From the human T2T-CHM13v2.0 reference genome, Homo sapiens: a DNA stretch of 64,000 nt. The position numbers and the translations under genes were made by a program. Positions 47,130 to 61,300 of the stretch are shown here, piece by piece. How positions within the stretch are numbered: the stretch's first letter is position 1; every line of letters begins with the position of its first letter. The notes beneath the pieces were generated by a model, which saw only the letters and a list, made by a program, of their open reading frames with translations, had not been told where the DNA came from and ran no database searches. The DNA lies in the NCBI RefSeq assembly GCF_009914755.1, contig NC_060925.1; one strand, written 5' to 3'.

Positions 47130-47700
47130 AATAAAGCAGAAAAGGGGGATAGAAAATGTGTGCTGCTATTATAGATAGGATGACTAGGACATCTGAGGGA
47201 AACTTTCTGGGCAGAGATTTCAGCAAGCATAAATTCCTCAAGGCTGGAGTGTGCCCGGTATTTCAAAGAATAACAAACTAGATGTTCCGGATGGCAGAAG
47301 CACAGTGAGCATGGGGGTATAGGATCAAAGGAGATGCACCAGACCACATGGGAATTTAAATGAAGTTATGGACATTAGAATTTGTTTATATGATGATGGG
47401 GCCCACTGGAGAGGTTCAAGCAGAGGAATGACATGATTTCATTGAAATCTTAGAAAGATGGCTCTAGTTGATGATTGGCACATGATCGTTTGAGAGGGGA
47501 TAAGAGAGGAAATGCAAGACCAAGTTAGGAGACTACAGTGGTATCTACAGCAGAGATAGTGGTGGATCGATTGGACCATCTATGGGCTGGCAATGGATAG
47601 GGCAAGAAGTTTTCCAATGTAGGAAATATTTTTAAGGTAGAGCTGACAGACTGCCTTATGGATTAAGTATGAAGTGTAAGAGAAAAAGGCAAGTTAAAGA
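47130..47700 (-). mobile_element. L2 fragment
   Basis: CCACTGGAGAGGTTCAAGCAGAGGAATGACATGAT; AGGTAGAGCTGACAG. Confidence 0.7.
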
Positions 47701-48606
47701 TACATGTTGCTAGAGAGTTCACTAATCTAATATGGAATCTTGTAGGGATAGAAATATCATATTCTCTACCTCAAGCCAAGATTGGCAACAATAGATGCAG
47801 GGAGTTGGGGAATTAAGCAGGAAATGAATGAGACCAGGCTTCTTCCAAGCTTCTCTTGCTAAGCGTATTTTTGCCAAACAAAGGAAACAGTCACACTGGG
47901 AAGACAAAGATAGGGGTATAGTATTTAGGGGTATCCTAAATACTATTAGGACCTCTGTCAATAAAGGTATTTTTTCAAGTATCTTCAAGGCACAGGCCAA
48001 GAATATGGTTGAAACCATTAAACAAGGGGCTGTGAGGTAGGCTGAGTACAGAGATATACCCAAGGAAGACAAAAATGCCTAAATTCATGAAGCCCTGAAC
48101 CGACAAGGGAGTTGGCTTTGATACTAGCCCATGGAATTGATCACAAGCACGTAGACCCAAAGCAAATAGACCAGCAGCCTACCAAATTTTTAAGTGAGCT
48201 GTACTGCCAAATACCCCTATGACTGGCCAAAAAGAGCCTGTATTTCTCAAACCTTAAGATAATCCCAAGGATCCAGGAATCACATCAACAGGAAGTGGGC
48301 TGCTCAAGTGGTCAGCTCCAGAAATTGCATCCTTTCCAAAATTTGTCTCCATGGGAGACAACAGACAAGGAAAATCCATTCATTGCATAGAACCAGGGGC
48401 CTTGTTATTAATCGACCAAGGAATGCCTTGGTCCATTGCCAGGGCAGGTTGTCCTTGTTATTTATGGCCAGAAGATTATAATATGTGCCATGTACTAGTG
48501 ATTTCTGTGTGTTTCTCACTGATCTGTTTTCCAAATGAAAATTTTGTTTCATTTATCCAGTTCTCTACTAACTTTTGTTAATGGATGTGTTGGGGATCTA
48601 TTACAT

Positions 48607-49205
48607 GTTATCTTGGCCTGTGTTTCCCAGAAGGGAGAACCTGAGACAAAAGCATGTGTGCTAGTACTTTATGAAGATGTGCAAACCACAGAAGCCAGAT
48701 TGAGAGGCAAGGGAATTGCATCAGGTAAGAAGAGAGAGCCAATAATAAGGTTACATTATTGGGTTGGCTGCTGCCAAGTGCTTAAGTGCTAAGTGCTTAT
48801 CTCACAAGACCATCCTCTGTGGAGCCAGATAAAGTGTGTCTTAGGATAGTACATAGGTGAGGTGGAAGGGTGAAGGGAGACAGAAGGAAGAGCTTTTTAT
48901 TAGCTCTTGTGTCCCAACCTTGAAAGTTTACCCTTTGGGGTTCTATACTTTTGTACCTCTGGGCTGTGCGTATATGGGCACCAAGTGAAGTTCTATGGTA
49001 TCTGATACCCTGGAATCAACAGAGATGCCACAAGGAAGGAGGTGATGTGAGGTGGTGCCATGCGCCACCTACATGAAGTTGGTTGAACCCCACTTACATA
49101 TGGTATGGTGATGGTAGCAGAAAAGAAGAGGCCAGTGAGGCTGAGAGTATTCGAAGCAGTCTATAAGAAGGGTCTGGTGAGGAGACTGGCTGGGTCTGAT
49201 GAAGG
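48607..49205 (-). mobile_element. ERVL LTR16-like solo LTR
   Basis: TTCCCAGAAG...CCTGAGACAA...CTAGTACTTTAT...GAGCCAATAATAAGG pattern. Confidence 0.55.
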
Positions 49206-49454
49206 AGCCTATTATCCTATTATGTAGTAATAGGTAGTATAGGATTACACAGTAAACCCAGACTCCAAGTAATCCTAGATGACTAGACTCCCGGAGTCTA
49301 GGATTACTGTTATGTCTAGTTATGGATTCACTAGGTGAGAATTTGACTTGTCTGTGTTTTTGGAGGGGGTTCATGCAATTTATATAATACATTTTTTGAA
49401 AGCATATGTACAGAAACATGACATAAATGAATGTGGTATAACCAAAGACTAGAC

Positions 49455-49948
49455 TGTAGCTGTCTTCCCAACAATGATTACACCTGCACCCACCATTGTA
49501 ATTTTTGTAGCCTTGACTCTCACTTCCTTTTCCAGGGGTGAGCAGAATAACAGTAGCCTGATCAATATTGTCTCAACCCCTTTGGGACCACAATGATTGG
49601 CTCATGAATGTTCAGGAATCCAAGGCCAACACAATTCAACCTCACAACAAATGGTCAAGACTTTTGTTATAAAGGAATTGTTCTGAACTGTATGTTTTGC
49701 AGAGGTGAGACCTGGATCTGCTGTAGCCCTTTGTTAACCATAAAGGAAGCCAGTCTAAGGATGAAGCCAGCTAACAGAGAAGCACATAAGCACATAAATG
49801 AAGATATAGCAGAAAAACATGGTTAATGTCTGAAACACACTGTGCCTGAAAACTAGGCTACAGCTTACACGAAGCAATAATTCTCTCTATTGTTAAAATA
49901 GTTTGAATTTTCCTTTTTCTTGTAACCAAAAACATTCTAGCTGATATA
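49455..49948 (+). mobile_element. MaLR LTR (MLT1K/J-like)
   Basis: GATTGGCTCA, GAAGCCAGTCTAAGGATGAAGCCA, TGTAACCAAAAACATTCTAGCTGATA end. Confidence 0.6.
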
Positions 49949-50984
49949 TTCATTGGTGGGTCAAAGCTGAGGACAGTTTTGCCTGGGTTATACATTTCTA
50001 AATAGTATATCTATGGAGTCATAATAGTAACTTAGGTTAACCGTGAGTGTGTGGTGGAGGACCTTTGCAAACCAGATTCTATCAGGGAGACTAGCATATA
50101 GGCTTTTAATATAGTTGCAAGGAAACACCACCAGGATATGCTCTAACTACATGTGGTATAACTAAGTCAACAAAATTGTAACTATAAAAAGAATGTGTTG
50201 TCAGAAGGGATAGGAGCAGCATGGGACCTAGAAATGGTAGTTTCCAAGGAAAAATGATTTTTAGTGTTTATTCAGTACTGACCATGGATATGAAATACTG
50301 GGTCATGAGCACTCTCATCCCCAGAATGGTATATCAGGACTTTCAAAGAGTCATCACACTAATCCATTTCTCTTTGCTCAGATTCTATGCTTTTAAAACA
50401 GCTTTGAGGAAAATAAACTACAAACTTATTGGAAAGAAATATCTTTCAGTGCAGTTTTTTTCTGGCAGAGCAGCTATAAAATTAAAGCTAAAACTTAGGC
50501 AAATCAAAACAAAGAATATCTTTTTAATTGTGTAGTTTCACATATACTAATTAGTTCCAACGCACTACAGGAATGGTAATATTTTGGCATCATTTCAAAA
50601 GCTAGTACTTCTAGACATTTATCATATCACCGTGAAATTTAAACTTCAACAATTTTAATAGTGTGTGATAAATGGAACCCATATTGTTACAACTCTGAAT
50701 TGGTAATGAGTGTATTCATCATTATCATCATCATCATCTTAAATCTGGAAGAATAGTAATGTTGGTGATGAATAAGACATACATAGTTATCTTCTCCATT
50801 ATATATGCCTATGATAAGTGCCTCAAATGTGTCTACATCACATTTCAATATACTGCATATACGTGCTTAATAAATATCTGTAAAACTTTTGGAGAGATGG
50901 CTTAACAGGTGAATGGTAAAAGTAAATGAATTGTTAAACCTGGAATAAACCGAAGCAAAACAAGATCTTAACATGTAGAATTAC

Positions 50985-51310
50985 AAAATTTACTAAATGC
51001 CTTTACATATATTATCACATTGAATCTGTGTAACTTGTATGGTCGGTATCATTATTCCCACATTATAGATGAAAATGAAACTTGAGATTCACAGAAGCAC
51101 ACAGCTAGTGATTAAGAGGGTTAACCTTAGAATCAGACCACTGGCATTGAATCTTCATTCATTCACTTACTAATTGGACCAATGCCACAGCTGTCTCACC
51201 TATAAATGGGTAATAATAATGATATTGAGGGAGTTAAATGAAACATTTCATGTAAATGCATAGGGATATGGTAAACATTAAGTAAATAAATGGTAGCTAT
51301 TAGTGTTGTT
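50985..51310. mobile_element. Two adjacent MIR fragments in opposite orientation
   Basis: ATTATTCCCACATTATAGATG (minus) then CTCACCTATAAATGGGTAATAATA (plus). Confidence 0.6.
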
Positions 51311-52618
51311 TTTGTCACAAGGTAATGTTCTAATCAAGAAAAACTAACAGGAATATAATGAAAACTAAAATGGCATCTTATGGAAATACATTGGACCTGA
51401 AATAAAAAAGCCATTGGGGATCTTTTGTGTCTGTCTCTGTTTGTGGCCACAAGTTCTTTAGTTTTGTTTCTCTCCGTATGTCCATCCCATTGCTTTTCTC
51501 TGCAGAAGGAATCTCTCTCCCGACTCATCAGTAGCAAATGACCAAGGTGCCAGTCTCTTACCTCTGTATGTTCTTTTCTATAGAAATATACATGTATTCC
51601 TTTAATTTAAGTACTCATCGTCTGACTAAGATTTCTCAGTGCCTCTAAATTGAGCTCTTCAATTTGAGAATTCCATTGTTTTTCAGCATCCAATAGACTC
51701 TAGACTTAGACCAATCAGAAACAGTTGGATGATCCTAAGGTCCCAGCACAGGCACAGAGACCCAAACCTTGTCCAAGACTTTTCTTTCTCAGGGAAGGCA
51801 ATGTGAGAGAGCTGGAAAATACCTCAAAACATTGCTTCAGCAAATTACTGGGTACTGAAAAACAAATGGTCTCCAGTGGCTCTCATTCTGGCCATCTTGA
51901 TTTCCAAGTGACTCCTATCATTTGATTCCATTCTGCTTTCACATACTACTATCCAATTTCATAATATACATTTCTAAAACTCCTTTTTTGATGGCATACA
52001 GACACAGTAAAAGATCACCAATTTCTTTAGTGGTTCAGACAAAACCTGTGCTTCTGATGGAGAGCTCAAAGCTTAGCTACTTGCACTTTTTATTCTCAAA
52101 TTGGTGCTAAGTCAATCCTGTCATCTTGCAGAGTTGGTTTTACCTTTCCTGGACTCATCTCCAGGCAAGCCTCTGCAGCAGCACAGTCACCCTTCTTTGC
52201 TCACTATTGCTGTTGTTAGTACCATTATGTGAAAACCCAGTAGACAAAGCAATGGTGCTGGTCTATCATTATTCATTAAAATATTGTTACTAGCACTGAA
52301 TGACTTTCCTCCCTGTGAAAATGTTTTTTCTTTTTGCTTTCTGACATTCCTACAGTGTTGATGTGCTTCCATTGAGAAACATGAAATAAAGACTTGGGTC
52401 TGTGATTATTATTATTCTAAAGTATTAAATAAATATAATTTCTGTCAGAAACTTCAGCAAAATAAATTCAACACCCACATAGAGCTGCATATTTTAATTT
52501 CACTGGAAAAAGAAGACATTAGAGTCTATCTGTTAGACTGATTAATCTCCAAATACTGGGCCTATGTTATTCTCTGAATATTATGAAACTTCAGTTGTTG
52601 CTTTTCTTTGAATACTAG

Positions 52619-52943
<325 letters not shown>

Positions 52944-53906
52944 TAGAGTGTTATCCTTTTAGAGGAAGCAGTGCCATCTTCTTGAACCATTCTGACTGGT
53001 TATTCTTTTATTCAAATGACTTGCATGAGTCTACATATGACTGGTTTGATGAATTTTATCTCTGTGTTGACCAACTGTTCCAATAAACTGCCTGAAATTT
53101 GTTGGTTGTTTTAGTGCTGTGTAGAGAAAAACAATGTGAAATCTTTCAGCACCCACTTCTGTGGGAGTGACTCATTCCCTTAACCATAAACACAAGGAGG
53201 TTTATTGAGATGGTGAGGAAATAAAAGAGCTTAAAGGGAGAAAATGAGAATAAACAAAGCTCTTAAAATTGATTACTTTGTCCAACTAAAAATAGCCAAA
53301 TAATCAAATCATATTTTTGCCCAAGTCATTCTATCCAAAGTCCCAAATTTAGAAAAAAATTGGACAAAGCTAATGTACATCATAGGGTCATGCTTGAGAT
53401 AATTAAATATATGAGCAATTGGAAAGGAAAAGAGCTAAATGACATGCCAAACTTCTGGCTCCAGTTTTAATAACCCATTTATGACTTACTTGACTTGTGA
53501 TTTTATGTAGCCTCTAATCATAGCTTATCTAAGACATAAATTTCTATAAAATATTTGAAGTTGTTTAAATTTATTATCTGTTTTCACTCTTTTTGGGTCC
53601 TTGAAACCATTCTTGGTAAGGTCACCTGTATGCACTGTGTTATTAAATCTGATGCACATTTTCGGTTTATCTTCCCTGGCTTCTGTAACTCATCATGCTT
53701 TCATTTTTCCTCACATTCTGGCTGTTCTTTCTTGACATCCTATTTTAAGCAACAGGCTCTTATTGGATTGGATTTTTAAACATTGGTATTCCTCAAAGCC
53801 AAATCCAGGGTCTCTTCTTCTTACTCTATGCTGTACTCTGTAGATGAATCTATGACTTCAATTATTATGAATTTTCTCAAGTTTAGATCCCTCAACTGAG
53901 TCCTAA

Positions 53907-54278
53907 TGTCTTAGTCAGTGTGGGCTGCTATAACAAATACCACAGACTGGGTGTCTTGAACAACAATCACTTATTTCTTGCAGTTATGGCTGCTGGGAAG
54001 CCTGAGATCAAGGTACCAGAAGATCCTGTGTCTGGTGAGGGCCTGCCTCCTGGCTTGTCAATGGCTGCCTTCTCACCGTATCCTCACATGGGAGAGAGAA
54101 AGAGAGAGAGAGAGAGAAAGCTCTATAGTATCTTTTCTTATAAGGGCACTAACCCCTTAATGGAGTCTCCCTCCTGACCTTATTATCTCCAAAAGTTCCA
54201 TCTTCAAATACCATCACTTTGGGGATTAGGGCTTCAACACATGAATTTTGAGGGGATGCAAACATTCAGCGAATAAAA
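53907..54278 (-). mobile_element. MaLR solo LTR (MLT1A0-like) inserted in an L2
   Basis: TGTCTTAGTCAGTGTGGGCTGCTATAACAAATACCACAGACTGG; 5-bp TSD CCTAA/CCTAG. Confidence 0.9.
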
Positions 54279-55099
54279 CCTAGTATATCTAATTTCCTAC
54301 TCAAAATCTCCACTAGGATGTCTCTCAGGCCCTTTAAATTCAACCATCTAAACCTAACCTCCTAGTTAGGATTCAGGGAGGGTGGGGGCTTAAATGGGCC
54401 TCAACTCTTCTCTGCTTATATCACCAGCTAATCCACATGTCCATACCTAATTAACTTCAGCATGCAGCAGGTTGGCAGACTGTTGGGGAGAGAATGGTTT
54501 CTGAGGTTCATAGAGTCTTGAAGAAGAGATCTGACACTTTCTTCTGTTTGATTTCGACAGGAGCTGGGGCCTTTCATCAGAGAGCTCTGCAGTGAGGATC
54601 AGAGGCAATTGGTGTGAATTATGGTGAGATTTTGGACACAGAGGTCTTGGGAGGAAAGGTGACAATGGCTCACAGGAGTGTGGTATTTTCTCCGGCTCCT
54701 AAAGAACTGAGGAACATCTGAAAGGAAGGTGAAGTTCTTGCTGCCTGTGAGGTATGTGAGTATGAGTCTCTTTGGCTGAGGAGGCTGGACAGCAGGCAGG
54801 ATTTCACTCCGTCTCTCCACAGAGGTCAATGACTTGTGTGATACCGTGGTACCTACCCATGGGAGGAGTGGTTATTGCCACCTCTGAGTCTAACCCTGTT
54901 GGTCTGAAAAAGGTTCTGTTTCTGAAGTAATTTAAAGACCAGAGAGAGGGGGAACAATCAACATGAAAAACACAGCTGGACCAGAACTGCTGGAGAAAAT
55001 AGAAAAGGAACAAATAAAGGAGAATATTCAGGAAAAGTTCAAAGAAGATTTTCTGAAACAATAACCACAAAAATCCCAAACTCAGTGATTTTTAAACTC

Positions 55100-56225
55100 A
55101 AATAATATGGTCCATGAAGATGAGAATGATCACTACTGAGAGTTAAATTAGTAGTCTGAAAAAATACACAGGGGTGGAAATATTGAGGGAAAAAGTAAGA
55201 GAACTTGAAATTTGGTCTGGAGACCTAAATATGGAAATAATAAGAGTATCAGAAGGATAAAAAATGAACTTTAAAGTTTTATTGAATAACTCAACAGTTT
55301 AAGCTACATTTAATTTTTGTCTATACTTTAAACAAATTACTATATTATATTTGTGTATAAATAGAAAAATAAACCAGAGAACCAAATGGAAAGTCTAGTG
55401 ATAGATCCCAGACTATATATGTGATTTTAACATGTGAGAAGGATGGCATTTTCAATACAATAGAAAAATTGTGCTTTATTTAAGAAATGGAGCTAGTATA
55501 ACTGGCTTTTTCTACAATAAAATCATGCTGGACCCATACTTTATACAAGAATAAGTCCAGATGGAGGAAATATTTAAATTTAAACAAATAGAACAATAAA
55601 GGATGTTAGGAGAAAATATAGGAGATGACTTGTTCAATTTAAGATATGGAAATAATTGAGACCATGACAGAAAACTCAGAAGTTATGAAAGAATTAGGGT
55701 AATATTTTGACTTTATAATATTAAAATCATGTAGAGCAAAATATATAAATAATGATAGATTTAGAAAAACAATACAACACAAATAAAGAAAAAATTTAAT
55801 AGCCATAATGCATAGTCTCATAAACTGATTTTTTTTAAAAAAGCAAAAGATATTAATAAGAATTTTATAGAAAAGAAAATCCAAGTGATCAACAAAATGA
55901 TTTTCAAGCCCTCTTGTAAACAGGGAAATAAAATTTAAAGAAACAATAAAAATATAACTTTTTACCAACCAGTCTAGCAAGAACTAAAATCAGTGATAAA
56001 TGCTAGTGATGGTGAAGTCTTTCATGCAATATTATTAGAAATACAAGTTGCTTCAGCCACTTTGGAATATATGCTGATATTTACTAAAATTATAAGTAAC
56101 ATACATTTGAACCAGCATTAGCATTCTCACTTTAAAGATCTAGTGTAGTCCCACTTTTGAAGATGAAGTTCATGAACATAAAAAAATCTCAGGAGGTAAG
56201 AATAGCTATATAAGGATGTTTGAAG
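55100..56225 (+). mobile_element. Ancient L1M ORF1/ORF2 fragments
   Basis: GAAAGTCTAGTGATAGATCCCA, GGATGGCATTTTCAAT, CTGGACCCATACTT, CAGCCACTTTGGAA motifs. Confidence 0.65.
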
Positions 56226-56229
56226 TTCG

Positions 56230-57120
56230 AGGAGGTGGTGGCTAAGCTGGAACTGTTAATCCACATGTGGCTTCTCCAGCATAGCAATTTCAGTGGGACC
56301 AGTATTGTACACAGTGGCTCAGGGATATGTGTGTCTGTGTGTGTGTGAGAGAGAGAGACAGACAGAGACAGAGAGAGAGAGAGACAGAGAGAGAGAGATT
56401 TCAGAGACATAAAGTAAGGGCATCCAGTCTCTGAAAGCCTGGCTTCAGAAACTGGCTCAGAATTACTTTTATATTCTATTTGTCAGAATAGTCACAGAGG
56501 TCACTGAGTATCTTAGTTATCTATTGCTGTCTAACACTATCATCACAAATTTAGCAGCTTAAGACAACAGAGAGTTATCATCTCACAGGTTTTGTGGATC
56601 ATGTGTCCAGGCATGGCTTGGCTAGGTCCTCTGCAAGCCTGCCACACAAGTCTTGTCCAGGGCTGAGTTCTCATCTAAAGGTCAGACTAGGGAAGGAGTT
56701 GTTTCCAAGCTCATATGGTAGTTGGCAGAATTCAGGTTCTTGTGGGCTGCTGGACTGAGGAACTAGATTTCTTGCTGTCTGTTGACCAGAAGTCATCCTC
56801 AGTTGTCTGTCCTGTAAGCCTCCCCAACATGGCTGCTTACTTCATCAAAGATAGCAAAGGAAGGTGTCTGCTAGCAAGTCCAGTGTTGCAATCCTACATA
56901 ATGGAATCATTTTTGCTGTGTTCTAATGGTTGGAAGAACATCACTGATCCGTCTTACTCTCAAAGGAAAGGTGTTACCCAGGGGTGTGAATGCCAAGAGG
57001 TGAGCATAGGAAGGCCATCATAAAGACTGCTCATTACATTCAGATTCAAGGGGAGGAGACTAATTCTTAATGTCCATGGGAGGAGTGACAAATAATCTGT
57101 GGCCTTCTTTAAGCTGCCAG
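56230..57120 (-). mobile_element. Nested MaLR LTRs: MLT1F/G-like (~56509-57038) inside an older MLT1
   Basis: Inner TATCTTAGTTATCTATTGCTG ... CATTACA; the outer element resumes with CAGATTCAAGGGGAGG. Confidence 0.7.
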
Positions 57121-57229
57121 AGATATTTATAGCCCTGTGTAATATGGCCTCTTTAGACTCTTAACTTTTTGTGTTTCTATGTCATCTTTTGTGAATTATT
57201 CTTCAGGATATCCATCTTTCTATCTGTCC

Positions 57230-58330
57230 ACTCAACCATTTCTTTCTAGAGTCTTACTACTAATCAGTCCACTCATTCTTTCCTTCAATATATATTTATT
57301 AAGTGGCGATTATTGAGGCTCTAGGGATAAATCAGTAAGTGAAATGAAGACTTCCTTTTTCATACAGCACACAATCCAAAGGTAAAAAACAGAAAATCAG
57401 CAACGAAATGCTAAATAAACCAGGTGGTGATACAGTAAGTGAAGTGGAAAGCAAAAATAGGGAGGCTAAAGAATAGTTTATATGTGCTGCCCTGGTATGA
57501 ATATTAATAACACTCAATGTATTCTTGAAAGTTCTCAATGTGGACAATAAATTATACAATCATCTTAGCAATGGGTAGGGGAAGGAGTCACTATTTCCAA
57601 TAGTTTGGATTCACAGAGCTCTATCACAAAGTAACATTCAAGACGTCACTGGATGAACTAAGGAGTGAGTTTTGCTTATGTCTGGGGGTGAGAGTTCCAG
57701 GTGAAGGGAACACCTGGAAAGGACTGGAGATAGGAGTGCACTGGTGTGTCTGAAGAATGATGAGAAGGCGAAAATAGCTGGGGGACAGTGAAGGAGGTTG
57801 ACATTAAAAGATGAGGTTGAGGAGCCAGTGTAGGAGGTGATGACATGGTGCCTCCAAGGTCATTACACAGACTTTTATTCAGGGCGATATGGCAGCGTCT
57901 GGGGCGTTTTGAGGAGGGGGATGATGTGGTCTCACTCATGTTTTAACAGGCTCCTTCTGATTGCTGGGCAGAGAATAAGTCATAGAGAGACAAGACAAGG
58001 GCAGGAGCAAGGAAGCCTCCCAGGAAGCTACTGAAATAATTAAGGAAATAAATGAAAGGAGGCTACTGAAATAACTAAAGAAAGGGACAAAAGCAGACTA
58101 TTGAAATGATGCAGTCTTGGATCCCTGTTTGAAGCCAGCAAAAGCTAGCTAGATTCTGAAGGCAGAATTGAAAGGATGATGCAATTAATTGGATGTGGGA
58201 TGGGAGCTAAAGAGAGGAGTCGAAATGTCTTCAAGGAAAGAAGTCTTTTCCTGGGAAAAAGGCTATAGGGAGAACAAGTTGGGAGGGAAATCAAGAGGTA
58301 ATGTATAGGTTATTAATTTTTGGGTGTCTA
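57230..58330 (-). mobile_element. L2 fragment
   Basis: CATTCTTTCCTTCAATATATATTTATTAAG; TTGAGGAGGGGGATGATGTGGTCT; TTGGATGTGGGA...AGAGAGGAGTC. Confidence 0.7.
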
Positions 58331-61300
58331 ATGGACTTTTCCAGTGCTTCTAGAAGACAGATTCTGGGTCTTCACAGCCTCAAAATTTACCAAAATTTTT
58401 GTGGTCATTCTTTAGATCTTCCCATCCCCCTTATTCCTCTGGCTCAGCTATCATCTTCTAATGAGGGAAGGTGTGGAAGAAAAAGTCTACTCTCTCTGCT
58501 TCCCCTTCGATGTGTTCTTCCTATCCTCAGGAATTTCCCACATTATCTTCCCACAAATTATCTAAGATCTCTTAAGACCATAAACTTTTAGGGGAAAAGT
58601 CCAGAAAGACTTTTGGTTAATTTGGCTAGCACCCTACCTTTTATTCCCCTGGAGAAAATGAAGTACACCACTCAAAATATTCTCCAGCCACAGTAATATT
58701 ACACAGCATGTATTAAGAGTGTATTCCATTTCAGACCTGTGCATTATTTCACTCAATTATCTCTGTAACTCTTTGAATAAATTCTGGTAGTGGCACTTCC
58801 TATATTGTGATTTTTGGAAGTTTTCCTAAGTTCGCTAAGTCTCTACTCCCTTGATTGTTAAATAGAAGGTATCTTGATCCCCTCAGGGTTGCTGTGAGAA
58901 TGATAAGTGCTGTTGGGTCTAAAGTCCTCAGCAGAGAATCTGACATTAGATGCTTCTTGCCTGGTAGTTCTCTAATTTGTGGCAAAGGTTGTGTGTCTTA
59001 AATGAAGTAGATAACATGTTTAATTAATAAAAAGGTGATTATAGAAAATGAATTATCAACATTCTTATTATTTAAATATAGTTTGAGAAACAAAAGACAG
59101 ACAACAGTTCAAAAACCTTATGTTAAGTGACTGTTAAATGCTATAGTCTGGAGAAGAAAGCACCCATCAGGCTGTAGTGTGGGAAGTACAGGAAGAGAAA
59201 GTGAAGGGCTTTTAGGCACAGGATATTGAGTAAACCAAGATGTGGAGAGGGGATTGTGGATGATTTGTTTAGGGAGCAATGGATAGACTGATTTGACCAG
59301 AGTGGCGTTTTCAAAGAAGGGAGCATGGGACATGAGGTTTAGACGTAATCAAAGGGACCAGATAATTGATGGCATTTAATGCTGGGTGAAGGCTTCAGAT
59401 TTTCCTTAATGGGAAATAGAGTAGTTATTAAAGGCTCTGAGTCAAGGATTGATAATCACTTATAGAACATATTTATGAAGTAACTATGAAGAGTTCAGAA
59501 CTCTGCATTAATCATGCAAGGAGACATCAGAAAAGTTTCATTTGGCTGTGATATTTCAGTTTGACTGGATGGAGACAAAGTGAAAATAGGGATCCCAGTC
59601 AGGAAACACACACACAAGAGGTGAGGCTTGAGATGATTAGGGCTGAGTGAGGAGGCCAGGAGTAGCAATTAGGAAGGAAAGAATAGCTGTCAGACACACT
59701 GAAAAGCACAAGCTGACAGCACTTGTAGGGTGAATAGACGTGGTGGAAGAGAAAGCAGAAGAAGCATGTCCTGGACAACATCAAGGTATTTAGCTTTAGT
59801 GAATTGACAGAATCATTGTAGACAGAAAAAGGGAACTTAGGAAAAACTGGCGCAGACAGGGAGATAAACTCTTTCTGAGGTGATAGCTTTCTGTAGTAGA
59901 TGATAATTAGGAAGAGGAGAAAGGGTTTTATTTTTATCTACACACAGAATGCTTTCAGTAAGATAAGAAAGCATGGTTTTATACATTAACAAAAAAATGT
60001 ACACGTGCCGTATTCACAAATTTGCTTATGTGTTAAGATTTGGATTTGGATTATCACTAAAATTTATGGTTTTAAAAGAACACATTTTATTTTCAGAGCA
60101 CGTTTTCACCCAAATAATCTAGCTAATCCTGCTAATCATAGACAATGATTAGTATGGTCTTGGAAATGCCACTGCAAAATTGACAGTCCCTCCTGCTCAC
60201 CAGGACCTCTACATTACTGATCTGCCCGGACAGATATACACTTGCTTTCAACATCAGACATTTAATTACAAAATCAAAATCCCTAGAAAGGGAACCTGAC
60301 AATCACGTGAGAGTTAGAGGGAATCTTAGTGATTATCAAGTGCTGGTCCATACCAGCAGCTTTGTTTTTCTGTTTTTTTCATATTGTTTTACTTGTTCAT
60401 TTGTTTGTTTTTAGTCTAGATGGGTTCTAATCACAGAATTCTCTTCCCACACAGATCCCCATTCAACAAATTATGGCTTACCCTTCAGCGTAGTTTTTAC
60501 TCCCTTTATGTGGCCTCTGTCTGTTTCTACTCTGCCAAACTGTAGCTTTTTATTAGCCTAAACTCCCCGGACTGCAATTGTCTCTCTGCACATACCTGCT
60601 GAACTGTTCAGCTATTACTTTTCCAGTATAGAAATGGCCTTAACTTAGAGGGTTATGCCTCCTTTAAAGAGAAAGAAGAAAAGTAAGATAAAAGGAATAA
60701 AAACTTTATCCGTTTCAGAGGCATTTTAATAGCCTTTAAAAAGTCTTTAGGCTTTCTTTGATATACGTGTAGCATTTAGTTTTGTCCTTAGCTCTTAAAT
60801 GCATTTAGAGAAAGGAGAATGTATTCCTTGTTTGTGAAAAATAACAAAGAACAAAATATATTTGCATCCTGTTATCTTGACTCTTTAGTTTCCCGAAGAA
60901 GTTGGGGTATAAATAACCCAAAAATTTTAGTACTGGGGGTGGATTGAGTTTGTTATAAGTGGCAACAGGTGGAAAGCATGCTCTAGCAATTAAACTGAGT
61001 ATAACCATGTTCCTTAAATTTCCAATGAAAATTCCATATGCATATTTGATCATTTTAAATGTGGTGGAATTTTTGACTGGCTCAGAGATGACTCGAGAGA
61101 GGAGATAAATTACGTGTTTTATGATTTTTTTTAAAAAAAATTAGTATTAGTTTGATTTGGAGTAAAGGATGGGATAAGAAAAATACTAAGGGTTTTTCAG
61201 CGTCATGGTCATATTATTCAGAAATGCCATGCAATGCGAATCTAAAAGCTTTACCAAAATGATTATTTCATTTTTAATGTGGTTTAGCTTGGGCTAAATG

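Noticed and set aside
54376-54398. Canonical G-quadruplex motif
   Set aside because: Single motif with no functional context.
58025-58085. Short tandem duplication GCTACTGAAATAA within L2
   Set aside because: Ordinary slippage duplication.
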